This document shows, piece after piece, positions 47,849 through 58,731 of a stretch of DNA of 64,000 bases (its first letter is position 1; each line of letters starts with the position of its first letter). The stretch lies in the NCBI GenBank assembly GCA_022652945.1, contig JALCRV010000001.1, positions 131,384 through 195,383 on the forward strand, given 5' to 3'. The stretch is from Bacilli bacterium (GTDB lineage: Bacteria; Bacillota_I; Bacilli_A; RFN20; CAG-288). The position numbers were made by a program, and so were the translations under genes. Under the pieces are notes generated by a model. That model saw nothing but the letters and a program-made list of their open reading frames with translations, did not search any database and was not told the origin of the DNA.

Positions 47849-50332
47849 ATGGGTTATCAAGTCCATTTGGCCTTTGGCTTCCACGTTAACTGCTACCATT
47901 CTTATCGGGGAGATACTCCAGATAAAGCGGGCTTTGGAGGAGATCTAAGAATCATCCGGAATACGATTCAAGTCCTCGATGATTTCAATAAAAAAGGTAT
48001 CAAGGCTAAAGGAACCTGGGACTCAGAAAACGTCTACTCTCTAGAAAAGATTCTTCCGACTTACACTAAAGATATCATTTCAAGTTGGCAAAGAAGAGTA
48101 AAAGAAAACGGTGATGAGCAAATCCTGATGGGTTATAACAACGGGGCTTTAACCGGCTTGACGGAAGATGAATTCAAAGCCTCCATTAACCTCGCCATCA
48201 CGAATAACAAAGGCTCCGGATTAAAAGATCTTTTCGGCGATTATGCAATGGTAATAAGACCTCAGGAAGTGATGTTCTCCCCGAGCGACGTCAAATATTA
48301 TGAAGAATTAGGGGTCGAAGCCGTCTGTCTTTATTACTCGACGAATCCTTTCGATGCTTTCGGCTCTTTAATTAAGCCTTTAGATGATGAGAAGGCCTTT
48401 AACCCTCTGACTTATACTTACCAAGGCCACCAAGTCAAAATCATCCCGACCTATTCCCAACTCGATCTGATGGATCACGGCTCTTTGTCCTATCTGCTTT
48501 ATAAACTTCATGATGAGCAGGAAAAAGGCCTAATCAATCGTGATGTACTGCTCTTTATCAATATGGATGCCGATAGCTTCTTCTGGGAAAAGCTTCCTTT
48601 ACCCTCCGCTTTTCAAAAGAAGCCTAACTTCGGTGGCTTAGAAGGGCTGATTAACGAAGCCTCTATACTTCCCTGGGTCGTTTTTGATACCCCGGGCAAC
48701 TATATAAAAACGCATGAAAGCGCCGGAGAGGTCTTCTTTGGTGAAGATACCGCGGATGGCAATTTCACCGGTTATGCCTCCTGGGGCGAAAAGCCCTTTA
48801 ACCGTCAGATCTGGTCCAGAGCGGAAAAAGCCCGCTCGTTTGCTAGGCTTTATGACTCCGATGCTTCTTCTCCTTCCTTTATGGATCGTGTGAAGCTTTT
48901 ATCCACCACTCATTTCGGCTTAGCTTCCCCGGTTTTAAATATCGTCCGAGAAGAAAAGGCTCTTTTGCTTTCTTCTAAGGCTATCGAAGAAGAAGTAAAG
49001 GCCCTACCTAAAAGCCCAACGTTAAAGATTCATAAGAGTACTAAGGGCCTTTCTTCCCTTTTCACTTTACAAGTCTTAGAAGGGGAATTAAAAGATATCT
49101 CTTTATTTACGTTGAAGTCTAACGATTTAGCAAGTTACTTCGCCGTTCCTTTTAGTTTCTATCCGGATCAATCGATAAAAGAGATCTTGGTCAGCGTCTT
49201 ATTTAAAGAAGACAAGAAAGAATATGAATTCACGATTACCCAGGAAGAAAAGAGTAAACAAGTAATCTCTGAGCGTAATTCTCTCACCTACGATGAAAAG
49301 ACAAAGTCTTTAGTCCTCTCCTTAGAAGGATTAAAGGAAAAGGTGAACTTAAGTTCCTTTATCACATATCAAAAAAAGCAGCATTTCTTCGCTAAACCTG
49401 CCTTGAATGAAGTTAAAGGCAGCGGAGAAGGCAAAGCATTTTCTTATAGCGGGGAGATTCATCTGCCTAAAGAGAAAAAGAGCGGCTCTTATTCTTTCAT
49501 CTTTATTCAAGTCCCTTACTTTAAAGGCCTTCTGATGATTAACCAAGTTACTTATCCTTATAGTGAAGAAAAAGAGCAAATCAGTTCTTCCGCTTCTGAT
49601 CTAGGACGCTTTACGGATAATAAATGGGAGGAAGCGGTCCCTTATAGCCTTTCTATTGAGATTGATGAGGAAGCGGTAATCGAAAAGAGGAACTTCCGCG
49701 GTGAACTTTCTTCTTTCCCTCTTAAAGATCTTTATTCAGCTTCTATAAAGAACCGAAATCTCGATTCCTTTAATCAAGCGGTCAGCGGTGGCTTTGTTAG
49801 CGTAATTGATAAAGGAACAAAATTATCCTTAGGCCATCTTAGGACTTATTCGGGTTCCTTAGCTCATTGCCCGATGAGATTAAAGGAAGAAAAAGACGGC
49901 AAGTTCCTCCTGTCTTTAAATCCTTTCGGAACTTACTACGGAAAACAAAGAAGCTTTACAAGCGAGGGGAACGGAGCGGTAGTCGATATTTATTCTTCTT
50001 TTGCTCCTCAAGCTTACTCTTTAGCTCCTTCTTATAACGGGGTGAATGAAAGAAGCATCCAGTTTATTTCCGGGGAAGAAAATGAAGAGACTTTAGCTGC
50101 TTGGGCGGATGGCAGTCTCGTCTTACCTTCCTCAACCTCTTACCTTCCGGATTTAACTGATCCGGTTGAGTTCTTGACTAAGGAAGAAAAAGGAAGCCAA
50201 ACAGAAGGAAAGAAGACTTCCCCGCTACACGGGAAAGTGTTTATCTTCCTTCACGCTATTAATAAACTGATCTCTAACAGCAGACATTTTAAGAAGAAAC
50301 TAAGAAAGCTTAAGAAGACGTATAAGATTTAA
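47849..50332 (+). CDS. large hypothetical protein (827 aa), possible GH57/GH38-like glycoside hydrolase N-terminal domain
   Basis: N-terminus VHLAFGFHVNCYHSYRGD resembles the His-rich start of GH57/GH38/CE4-fold barrels; the rest has no recognisable motif. AAAGAGGAA RBS before the ATG at 47849. Confidence 0.5.
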   Translation: MGYQVHLAFGFHVNCYHSYRGDTPDKAGFGGDLRIIRNTIQVLDDFNKKGIKAKGTWDSENVYSLEKILPTYTKDIISSWQRRVKENGDEQILMGYNNGALTGLTEDEFKASINLAITNNKGSGLKDLFGDYAMVIRPQEVMFSPSDVKYYEELGVEAVCLYYSTNPFDAFGSLIKPLDDEKAFNPLTYTYQGHQVKIIPTYSQLDLMDHGSLSYLLYKLHDEQEKGLINRDVLLFINMDADSFFWEKLPLPSAFQKKPNFGGLEGLINEASILPWVVFDTPGNYIKTHESAGEVFFGEDTADGNFTGYASWGEKPFNRQIWSRAEKARSFARLYDSDASSPSFMDRVKLLSTTHFGLASPVLNIVREEKALLLSSKAIEEEVKALPKSPTLKIHKSTKGLSSLFTLQVLEGELKDISLFTLKSNDLASYFAVPFSFYPDQSIKEILVSVLFKEDKKEYEFTITQEEKSKQVISERNSLTYDEKTKSLVLSLEGLKEKVNLSSFITYQKKQHFFAKPALNEVKGSGEGKAFSYSGEIHLPKEKKSGSYSFIFIQVPYFKGLLMINQVTYPYSEEKEQISSSASDLGRFTDNKWEEAVPYSLSIEIDEEAVIEKRNFRGELSSFPLKDLYSASIKNRNLDSFNQAVSGGFVSVIDKGTKLSLGHLRTYSGSLAHCPMRLKEEKDGKFLLSLNPFGTYYGKQRSFTSEGNGAVVDIYSSFAPQAYSLAPSYNGVNERSIQFISGEENEETLAAWADGSLVLPSSTSYLPDLTDPVEFLTKEEKGSQTEGKKTSPLHGKVFIFLHAINKLISNSRHFKKKLRKLKKTYKI

Positions 50333-50439
50333 TATATAGACTGAATTTTTAGATAGGAGAATCAAATGCTGATTCTTTTTAAGTTAAAGAACTTAACGTT
50401 TTCTTTAACAAAGGACTTAAAGAGCCTATAGTTTTAATT

Positions 50440-51573
50440 ATGGATAAATTACAAGCTTGGTTATCGATTGATATCATTTCAGCCTTGTTGCTCTGCTATA
50501 TAGTTTTCGCTTCCCTTTACTATAACCGCAACGAAAAAGCCCATTCCCGCACGTTCCGCTTTGGGGCATATATGACTTTAGGGATGATCATTTGTGATTC
50601 AGTGACAGCTTGGACTTATACTTCCCCGGCGATGATTGTGATCTGTCAGATCCTTTCTTATATGTATTATGTCCTGACAATTATGATGGCCATTAGCTGG
50701 CTGGTTTATTCTTATTATCAGGTTTTTGAGCATATAGAGAAGAAGACAGCGAGATGGCTTAATGGTGCAGTCATTACGGGCTTGATTGATTTTGTGTTAG
50801 TCAATGTCTCCTTAGTAAACGGCATGTATTGGTCTTATAACGCCAAGGGAGAATATGTACGAGGGGATCTTTTTTATATCCATGTCATCCTGATTGCCTT
50901 GATTGTCATCGAAATGGAACTGATGACGATCCTTTATAGAAAGAAGATGAACAGAAGATACGCTTTATCTTTAATGCTTTTCCCGGTTGTTCCGATGTTC
51001 GGTCTGATTGCTCAGTACTTTTTAATTCTTCCCTACGGTTTTGTCGGAATTGCTTTAGGCATGCTCGAAGTCATCACGAACATTCAGGGACGTTCCCTCG
51101 ATTACGATTATCTGACCGGTGCTTATAATAGGCGTAAATTAGATTTCGTCTTGGAGCAGAAAGTCTCTTCTGCGGCGAATGGTAAGACCTTTTCCGCATT
51201 ATTAATAGATCTGGATAATTTTAAACTCATCAACGATACATGCGGACATCTAGTAGGTGATCAAGCCTTAATTGATGCGGTGAGAATCATGCAAAAATGC
51301 CTTAAGAATAAAGACCTCGTCGCCCGTTACGGCGGAGATGAGTTCTGCATCGTCTCCGAAATAGATAACGAAAAGGCCTTGACTAAGCTGATCTTAGATA
51401 TTAAGCAGGAAGTCGATAATTATAACAAAGCTGCTGAGCGTCCATTTAAGCTCGGCTTTTCCATCGGACAAGCGATATATAATCCTTCTGAGAAGAAAGA
51501 CTTCAGAGACTTTGAAAAACTTATCGACGAAAGAATGTACATAGAAAAAGAAAGAGCCCATCAAGGACGTTAA
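50440..51573 (+). CDS. membrane-anchored GGDEF-domain diguanylate cyclase (paralog of 1155..2306)
   Basis: Similar polytopic N-terminus and a GGDEF domain with RYGGDEFCIV. Confidence 0.85.
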   Translation: MDKLQAWLSIDIISALLLCYIVFASLYYNRNEKAHSRTFRFGAYMTLGMIICDSVTAWTYTSPAMIVICQILSYMYYVLTIMMAISWLVYSYYQVFEHIEKKTARWLNGAVITGLIDFVLVNVSLVNGMYWSYNAKGEYVRGDLFYIHVILIALIVIEMELMTILYRKKMNRRYALSLMLFPVVPMFGLIAQYFLILPYGFVGIALGMLEVITNIQGRSLDYDYLTGAYNRRKLDFVLEQKVSSAANGKTFSALLIDLDNFKLINDTCGHLVGDQALIDAVRIMQKCLKNKDLVARYGGDEFCIVSEIDNEKALTKLILDIKQEVDNYNKAAERPFKLGFSIGQAIYNPSEKKDFRDFEKLIDERMYIEKERAHQGR

Positions 51574-51769
51574 AGAATAAACGAATATTCGTAGCGCTTT
51601 TGTCTTTCATCTAGAAAAGCATAAGGAATAATTATCGTTTAATAGATCATCCTGGGAAGAAAACGTTTTTATGTTCCTTTTAAGCGTCTTCCCCCTTGTA
51701 TTAAATATTCTTTAGTGTAGAATTGTCCGTATACGAACATTTTGGTTCGTTACCGAACGGAGGCGTGAA

Positions 51770-52234
51770 ATGTACTCTAAAACAGAACCTAAACCTCTCG
51801 GGGCGGAATTAAGAGAAACCTCGAACGCTGTAAAGAATTATATCGATAATTATCTGCAGACTCATCTAAGTGAAAACCTGACCGGTATCGAAGGGATGAC
51901 CGTCGGTTATATCTTCCATCATTCCGACCAAGCCATCACCGCTAAAGACATCATGGGACGTTCAAAAGTCTCCAAAGCCACCATGTCTCAGACTCTGAGC
52001 AGCTTAGAGAGAAAAGGCTTTATTAAAATGGAGCCGAAAAAGGATGATAAGCGGGTCAAGATAATCGTTCTGACTGATAAAGGCCAGAAAGCCAACGAAG
52101 AATTCCGCTCGCTTTTTAGCCAAATCAACAAGCAGATTGAGCAGGGCTTAAGCGATGAAGAGATGGCCAAGATGCGTAAGACGATGGAAAAAATACGTTT
52201 GAACCTCTGTCCTGTTAATGACAAGGAGCAATAA
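51770..52234 (+). CDS. MarR-family transcriptional regulator
   Basis: Winged-helix MarR signature ...AKDIMGRSKVSKATMSQTLSSLERKGFI...DKRVKII.LT.KG. Confidence 0.85.
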   Translation: MYSKTEPKPLGAELRETSNAVKNYIDNYLQTHLSENLTGIEGMTVGYIFHHSDQAITAKDIMGRSKVSKATMSQTLSSLERKGFIKMEPKKDDKRVKIIVLTDKGQKANEEFRSLFSQINKQIEQGLSDEEMAKMRKTMEKIRLNLCPVNDKEQ

Positions 52235-52235
52235 T

Positions 52236-54002
52236 ATGAAGCCTTTTATTAAAATACTTCACTATATCCAAGGATACTGGAAAGATACGATTTTAACTTG
52301 GGTTTTCGTCTTGCTTGAAAGCATCTCGGAAGTCCTGATCGCTTATCTGATGCAGTATCTGATCGATGATGTCAATTCAGTCCAGAATGAAGGGACGATC
52401 AACAATATCTATATGTTCTCCGGGATTATCGCTGCGATGGCAATCTTCGCGGCGATCACCGGTATCTTAGCTGGCTACTGGGCAGCTTCCGCTTCCGCGG
52501 GTTTTGGTAAGAATCTCCGGAAAGTGATGTACGACCATATCCAAGACTATTCCTTTAAGAACATCGATAAGTTCTCTCCTTCTTCGATCGTGACAAGGAC
52601 CACCACGGATGTCGCTAATGTCCAAGGGGCCTTTTTGATGATGATCAGAGCGGTCATGAGAGCGCCTTTTATGATGATTTTCGCGATGATTATGTGCTTC
52701 GTGACTGAATGGAAACTGGCGTGGATTTTCTTGGCGATTATTCCTTTGGTCCTTTTCCTTTTGATATATATCGCCGCTAAGGTCCATCCGATCTTTGTAA
52801 AGATCTTTACGACTTACGATACTCTCAACGAGGAAGTCGAAGAAGATGTCGATGGAATCAGAGTAGTAAAATCCTTCGATAAAGAAGACTACCAGAAAGA
52901 AAAGTTCTCCAAGGTTTCCCTTTTCATTTATAAGCACTTCATCAAGGCCGAAAAGATGTTAGCCTTCAACGGCCCGATTATGAACTTTGCCGTCTATGGA
53001 GCCATCATCTTGATTTCTTACTTGGGCTCTAAATTAATCGTCTACCCGAATTCAGATGGCACTTACGATCTCACCGTCGGTGGTTTTTCGACTTTAATCA
53101 CTTACGTCATGATGATCATGATGTCCTTAATGATGGTCTCGATGGTCTATGTCATGATCACCATCGCTCGCAACAGCGTTGAAAGAATCGTTGAGATTGT
53201 CGAGGAAGTCCCGGATATCGCTTCCCCGGAAAATCCTCTTAAGGAAGTAAAGAACGGGGATGTCGAATTTAAGAATGTCTTCTTCGCTTATAACGAAGGA
53301 AAGAATGTTTTAAAAGATATTAACTTCCACGCCGCTTCCGGCTCCACCGTCGGCATCATCGGCTCCACCGGTTCTTCTAAGACCACTTTAGTAAACCTGA
53401 TTGCTAGGCTTTACGATGTAAGTGAAGGCTGCGTCATGGTTGGGGGTGAGGATGTCAGAAAATACAATCTGGTTTCTTTAAGAGATGCAGTCGCGGTAGT
53501 TCTGCAGAAGAACACCTTATTCTCGGGGACTATTAAAGACAACCTTAAATGGGGCAACGAGAATGCGACCGATGAAGAAATCTGGAAGGCCTGCGATCTA
53601 GCGCAGGCGACCGCTTTTATTAAATCCTTCCCGCAAGGATTAGATACACTCCTCGATCAAGGCGGCACGAACGTCTCAGGCGGGCAAAAGCAGAGACTTT
53701 GTATCGCCAGAGCTTTATTGAAGAATCCGAAAATCCTGATTCTCGATGACTCGACGTCTGCCTGCGATACTCATACGGATGCCTTAATCAGAGAAGGACT
53801 CTCCAATGAAAGAACCGATATTACGAAGTTCATCATATCCCAGCGTGTCCTTTCAATCAGGAACTGCCAGGATATCTTAGTTATGAACGAAGGCGAGATT
53901 GTCGCTCACGGCAACAACGATGAACTGATGGCCACGTGCCCGGTCTATAAAGAACTGTATGTTTCTCAGTTAGGAGGAGGTGATTTCGATGCCAAGAACT
54001 AA
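52236..54002 (+). CDS. ABC transporter ATP-binding/permease protein (type I exporter, heterodimer partner 1)
   Basis: Six TM helices plus an NBD (GSTGSSKTT, LSGGQKQR). Start set at MKPFIK after an AAGGAG RBS. Confidence 0.88.
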   Translation: MKPFIKILHYIQGYWKDTILTWVFVLLESISEVLIAYLMQYLIDDVNSVQNEGTINNIYMFSGIIAAMAIFAAITGILAGYWAASASAGFGKNLRKVMYDHIQDYSFKNIDKFSPSSIVTRTTTDVANVQGAFLMMIRAVMRAPFMMIFAMIMCFVTEWKLAWIFLAIIPLVLFLLIYIAAKVHPIFVKIFTTYDTLNEEVEEDVDGIRVVKSFDKEDYQKEKFSKVSLFIYKHFIKAEKMLAFNGPIMNFAVYGAIILISYLGSKLIVYPNSDGTYDLTVGGFSTLITYVMMIMMSLMMVSMVYVMITIARNSVERIVEIVEEVPDIASPENPLKEVKNGDVEFKNVFFAYNEGKNVLKDINFHAASGSTVGIIGSTGSSKTTLVNLIARLYDVSEGCVMVGGEDVRKYNLVSLRDAVAVVLQKNTLFSGTIKDNLKWGNENATDEEIWKACDLAQATAFIKSFPQGLDTLLDQGGTNVSGGQKQRLCIARALLKNPKILILDDSTSACDTHTDALIREGLSNERTDITKFIISQRVLSIRNCQDILVMNEGEIVAHGNNDELMATCPVYKELYVSQLGGGDFDAKN

Positions 54003-55947
54003 TATGCGCGGAATGCGCAACGTCAGCAAAGTCTCAAAGAAAGAAAAGCTGCATTCAGTTAAAAGACTGCTCTGGTATGTCTTTAAGTATTATCCGTGGC
54101 AATTCGCCATCGTTTTAATCTGTATCATCATGTCTTCCGCCACCGGAGTCATCGGTTCTTATTTCTTAGGGACTGTCTTTGTCAACGATTACTTCACCCC
54201 GGCTCTTCCGGCGAAGAACTATACCCCTAAGCCTTTTGATGAAGCGGGCTTCTCCAGAGCTCTTTTGATCTTGGCCGGGATCTATATCGCAGGCATTATC
54301 TGCGGGTACGTCTATAACTACCTGATGTCAGTGATCGGACAAGGTGTGCAGAAACGTATCAGAGATGAACTGTACAATCACATGCAGGAATTGCCAATAA
54401 GTTATTTCGATAAGAGAACCCACGGCGATATTATGTCCATCTACACTAACGATGTCGATTCCTTAAGGGAAATGCTCTCCAGAGCTCTCCCGATGATGTC
54501 GATGGCCTTAATGAGCATGTCAGCGTGTCTTTTGATGATGTTAGTCACCGATTTACTCTTAACTGGAGTCGTCGTCTTATTCGCCATCCTGATTATCTTC
54601 CTTTCAAAATACCTGGCCCAGATGTCCGCAAAGAACTTCATTGCCCAGCAGATTGAATTAGGTAAGATCAACGGCTACATTGAAGAAATGACAAACGGTC
54701 AGAAAGTCGTCAAAGTCTTCAATTATGAAAAGCGTAATATCCAAGGCTTCGATCAGCATAACGAAACATTATATAACTATGCCGTCAAAGCTAACCGTTT
54801 CGCTAATATCCTGATGCCTACAGTCAATCAGCTCGGCAATCTTCAATATGTCCTAATCGCCTTAATCGGCGGGTTAGCGATCGTCAGCGGAGTTAAAGGT
54901 GTTTCCTTACTTGGAATCCATACGATTGAGATCGGGACCATCATTACCTTCCTCCTCTACTCTAAGTCCTTCACTCAGCCGATCGGCCAAGTCTCTCAGC
55001 AAGCTAATACCGTCGCTCTTGCTCTGGCCGGAGCCACCCGTATTTTCCAAGTCATCGATGAGAAAGAAGAAACCGATGACGGCTATGTCGAGCTCTGCAA
55101 TGCGGAGCCCGATGAGAACGGCAATCCGGTCGAATGTCTTAATAAGACCGGCCGTTGGGCGTGGAAGCATCCGCATAAAGACGGCACCACCACCTACGCT
55201 TGGTTAAAAGGCAAAATCACCTTTGATCACGTGGATTTCGCATATGTCCCGGGCAAGACTGTCTTAAAGGATATTTCCCTTTATGCGGAGCCTGGTCAGA
55301 AGGTGGCCTTTGTCGGCCCGACTGGAGCTGGCAAGACCACGATTACCAACCTAATCAACCGCTTCTACGATATCGAAGATGGCAAAATCAGATACGATGA
55401 TATCAATATCAACAAAATCAAAAAGTCGGATTTAAGAAGATCGCTGGGCATGGTCTTACAGGATACCAAGCTCTTCACCGGAACCGTCAAAGAAAACATC
55501 CGCTTCGGTAATCTCAACGCCACCGATGAAGAAATCTACAAAGCCGCAACCTTAGCCAACGCCGATACCTTCATCCGCAATCTACCTCACGGGTACGATA
55601 CGATCCTCGAAAACGGCGGAGCTTCTTTGTCTCAAGGACAAAGACAGCTGATCGCTATCGCTCGCGCAGCCGTCTCCGATCCCCCGGTCATGATTCTCGA
55701 TGAAGCCACTTCCTCCATCGACTCCCGTACGGAAGCCTTGGTCCAAAAAGGCATGGATGCCATTATGAAAGGCAGAACGGTCTTCGTCATCGCCCATCGT
55801 CTTTCGACGATTAAGAACGCCGATGTCATCATGGTTCTTGATCAGGGACGCATTATCGAAAGAGGCAACCACGAGCAGCTCTTAGCTCAAAAAGGCAAGT
55901 ACTATCAGCTCTACACCGGTAACGCGATTCAGGAAGAACAAGACTAA
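53980..55947 (+). CDS. ABC transporter ATP-binding/permease protein (type I exporter, heterodimer partner 2)
   Basis: TMD plus NBD (GPTGAGKTT, LSQGQRQL, ILDEATS). Overlaps the upstream gene. Confidence 0.88.
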   Translation: MISMPRTNMRGMRNVSKVSKKEKLHSVKRLLWYVFKYYPWQFAIVLICIIMSSATGVIGSYFLGTVFVNDYFTPALPAKNYTPKPFDEAGFSRALLILAGIYIAGIICGYVYNYLMSVIGQGVQKRIRDELYNHMQELPISYFDKRTHGDIMSIYTNDVDSLREMLSRALPMMSMALMSMSACLLMMLVTDLLLTGVVVLFAILIIFLSKYLAQMSAKNFIAQQIELGKINGYIEEMTNGQKVVKVFNYEKRNIQGFDQHNETLYNYAVKANRFANILMPTVNQLGNLQYVLIALIGGLAIVSGVKGVSLLGIHTIEIGTIITFLLYSKSFTQPIGQVSQQANTVALALAGATRIFQVIDEKEETDDGYVELCNAEPDENGNPVECLNKTGRWAWKHPHKDGTTTYAWLKGKITFDHVDFAYVPGKTVLKDISLYAEPGQKVAFVGPTGAGKTTITNLINRFYDIEDGKIRYDDININKIKKSDLRRSLGMVLQDTKLFTGTVKENIRFGNLNATDEEIYKAATLANADTFIRNLPHGYDTILENGGASLSQGQRQLIAIARAAVSDPPVMILDEATSSIDSRTEALVQKGMDAIMKGRTVFVIAHRLSTIKNADVIMVLDQGRIIERGNHEQLLAQKGKYYQLYTGNAIQEEQD

Positions 55948-55952
55948 AATAA

Positions 55953-55988
55953 AGCGAGCGGAAGAAGAAAGACTCCGCTCGCTTTTTA
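55953..55988 (+). terminator. rho-independent terminator after the ABC exporter operon
   Basis: agcgagcgga ... tccgctcgct followed by TTTTT. Confidence 0.7.
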
Positions 55989-56031
55989 GTTAAGAATCAA
56001 CGTGATTTTTAAATGTTTCTTAAGTTAAATC

Positions 56032-57642
56032 TCAGCCTTGTTTCTTCTCTTCTTCGTCGAGCTTTTTTAATCTAGCCTCAGCTTCTTCCTGCTGCTTCTT
56101 TTGCTGCTTATGGTAAGCCATGCCGTAGCCGATCAATTTAAAGAAAGTCGGAATCATCCCTAGCTTCTTTCTGAACTTGCCCGGATCAGCTTTATAAAGA
56201 GAAGTGTAATTAAGCTTATAGGAAGAGACTAAAGGCAGATAGAAATCCTTCAAGGTCTTTTTAAAAGCTGGATAGTCAGCTTTTGAGCCGTCTTTCCATG
56301 CGGTTTCCGCGAGGACTGCAAGGCGAGGGAAAGCGCGCTCTTCAAGGATCTTTTCCGAAGTCAGCAGCTCCGCCCATAAAGGAGCTTCAATTCCAAAGAC
56401 GTTTTCTTTTAATAACGGTTTGCCGTTGATATTGGGCTTATAGTCATAGGTAGCCTTTAAAGGCACGGCAGCGAAAGGATAGTCAAAATAAAGCGAGAAG
56501 GTGTTGGAGCAGATGAATTTCCTTCCTTCTTCCGCTTCCTTATAAGCGGGATTTTTCTTTACTCCTCGTTCCATCCAGAACTGAGCGATAAAGTCCTTAT
56601 CGATACTTCCGCCATAAAGGACATCATTCCAACCGAGAGGAATCTTATGATGTTTCTTCAGAATCTCAATGATTCTTTCTGTAAAGTAAGTCTGGATTTC
56701 TCTGGCATCTTTCATGCCTTTATCTTTCATCAATTGACGACAATCAGGACAGGTCTGCCATTCGATATCCGGGGCTTCATCTCCGCCCAGATGAAAATAA
56801 GGGCCGGGGAATAAAGGAATGATTTCATCGAGCAGTCCTTCGAGGAATTCGAAGGTCTTCTCCTTGCTTGGACAAATAGTCCGGCTTAAGACACCGAACA
56901 CCGTCGCCACTTCCGTTTCCTTGCCTGAGCAGGAAAGTTCCGGATAAGAAGCGATAAGGGAGGTCGTATGTCCCGGCATATCGATTTCGGGGACCACGGT
57001 GATAAATCTCTCCCCGGCGTATTTAACTAAATCTTTGATTTCTTCCTGGGTATAATATCCCCCGTATCTGGTCTTATCTTTATAAGTGCCATTCCGGTAA
57101 GAGCCGATCTCATTAAGTTTCGGGTACTTCTTGCTTTCGATTCTGAAACCCTGATCCTCGGAAAGATGGAAATGGAAAATATCAAGTTTTACTAAAGCCA
57201 TCTGTTCGATGATCTTCTTAACTTCATCCATTTTGAAAAAATGGCGGCAGGTATCAAGCATAAATCCACGGTAGCTGTAATTGGGGCTGTCTTTTATCTC
57301 GCCTTCAGATAGATTCCCTTTATTCTTTAAAGCCAGCAGGTACAGGCTAACTAAGGCATTAGAGAATCCGTGGTCGGTCTTAGCTTTGATCTTGATCCCG
57401 CTTTCCTTAAAACTAATCTGATATTCTTCTTCATTTAAAGACTGATCTTGATTAAAGGAGATAAATCCATCGGTTTTTTGTTTAAGAGTCATCTCTTCAT
57501 AACCGGGGATTCTTCTTATTCTCTCTAGGAAGATAACTAAAGTCGAAGGTAGGATTTCTCCTTGATAAGAAAGTTCTTTGGGAAGTGAGAAGATCTTATC
57601 CGTTAATTCGTTGATTTTAAAAGAAGGTATGATATTTTCCAT
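56032..57642 (-). CDS. beta-N-acetylhexosaminidase (GH20)
   Basis: GH20 catalytic motifs EIDMPGH and HLGGDE. Confidence 0.85.
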   Translation of the reverse strand: MENIIPSFKINELTDKIFSLPKELSYQGEILPSTLVIFLERIRRIPGYEEMTLKQKTDGFISFNQDQSLNEEEYQISFKESGIKIKAKTDHGFSNALVSLYLLALKNKGNLSEGEIKDSPNYSYRGFMLDTCRHFFKMDEVKKIIEQMALVKLDIFHFHLSEDQGFRIESKKYPKLNEIGSYRNGTYKDKTRYGGYYTQEEIKDLVKYAGERFITVVPEIDMPGHTTSLIASYPELSCSGKETEVATVFGVLSRTICPSKEKTFEFLEGLLDEIIPLFPGPYFHLGGDEAPDIEWQTCPDCRQLMKDKGMKDAREIQTYFTERIIEILKKHHKIPLGWNDVLYGGSIDKDFIAQFWMERGVKKNPAYKEAEEGRKFICSNTFSLYFDYPFAAVPLKATYDYKPNINGKPLLKENVFGIEAPLWAELLTSEKILEERAFPRLAVLAETAWKDGSKADYPAFKKTLKDFYLPLVSSYKLNYTSLYKADPGKFRKKLGMIPTFFKLIGYGMAYHKQQKKQQEEAEARLKKLDEEEKKQG

Positions 57643-57655
57643 TTTAGTCAGCTCC

Positions 57656-58729
57656 TTAAATAGTGATGGTGACTTTCTTTAAAGCCCGGGGTTTATCAGG
57701 AGTCAGGCCTTTAAGGTGGGAAACCTTACAAGCCAGCATCTGGATAAAGAGGGCGAGATAGAAAGCTCCTTCGATTTCATCAGCGGTTTTAGATAAGGAA
57801 TAGCAAGAAGCTTTTAGTCCTTTAAAGAGCTCTGGGTTATCAGTAACAATCAGCAAATCGGCGCCTAATTCAATCATCTTCTTCGCCGCCTTGATTTCAT
57901 CCGCCTGAATTAAAGCTGTCGCTTTGTCATTTAAAGAAACGGAAGGAGCTAAGAGAATGACTTTATCACCAGTATTGATCATCGCCATCGGGCCATGATA
58001 GAAAATCGAGGAGCAGTAAGCGAAAGCGTGGATATAACTGGTCTCCTGCAATTTCAAGCCCGCTTCAAAAGCCAAAGGCGAAGTAATCCCCCGCCCTAAG
58101 ACGAAGCACTCTTTAGCTTTATAAAGAACATTAGCCATTTTCGTGGTTTCTTTATCCGCTAAAGCCGCGGCTTCCGTTAATTTAGCCGCCAAATCATGGA
58201 TAGACGGAACTTTCTTTTCATCGAAAGCCTTAACCAGCAAATAGGAAAGATAAAGCTGAGCGGAGAAAGTCTTACTGGCCGCTACGCTTTTCTCTTCTCC
58301 GACTGCACAGTACAAATGATAGTTAGCTTCTTTAGCTAAAGGGCTGGTTTCTTTGTTGGTGATTGAAACAGTCATGCTTTTGTTGTCTTTGGCTTGCCTT
58401 AAGACTTGAAGCACATCTTCCGCTTCTCCTGATTGGGAGCAACCGATCACCAAGAAATTCTTTAACTGTAATTGCGAATCATAAATGGTGACCGAAGAAG
58501 GATTCCCATTAACGACAGGAATGCCTAAATAGCTTTCAAAAAGGTATTTTAGGAAAAGCATCGCATGGTTAGAGGTGCCTCTAGCCACCGTATAGATGCC
58601 TTCGAGATTGTTCTTCTTATATTCTTCAGCAATCTTCTTGATCAAAGGCAGATTCTTCTCGCATTCTTCGACTCTTAACGGCCATTCATTGATCTCTTTC
58701 CACATCAGACTATCTTGATAGTTCGCCAT
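57656..58729 (-). CDS. tandem SIS-domain sugar-phosphate isomerase/deaminase (AgaS / GlmS-C-terminal-like)
   Basis: Two SIS domains (...VARGTSNHA..., ...IGCSQSGEAEDV...). Confidence 0.75.
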   Translation of the reverse strand: MANYQDSLMWKEINEWPLRVEECEKNLPLIKKIAEEYKKNNLEGIYTVARGTSNHAMLFLKYLFESYLGIPVVNGNPSSVTIYDSQLQLKNFLVIGCSQSGEAEDVLQVLRQAKDNKSMTVSITNKETSPLAKEANYHLYCAVGEEKSVAASKTFSAQLYLSYLLVKAFDEKKVPSIHDLAAKLTEAAALADKETTKMANVLYKAKECFVLGRGITSPLAFEAGLKLQETSYIHAFAYCSSIFYHGPMAMINTGDKVILLAPSVSLNDKATALIQADEIKAAKKMIELGADLLIVTDNPELFKGLKASCYSLSKTADEIEGAFYLALFIQMLACKVSHLKGLTPDKPRALKKVTITI

Positions 58730-58731
58730 AA

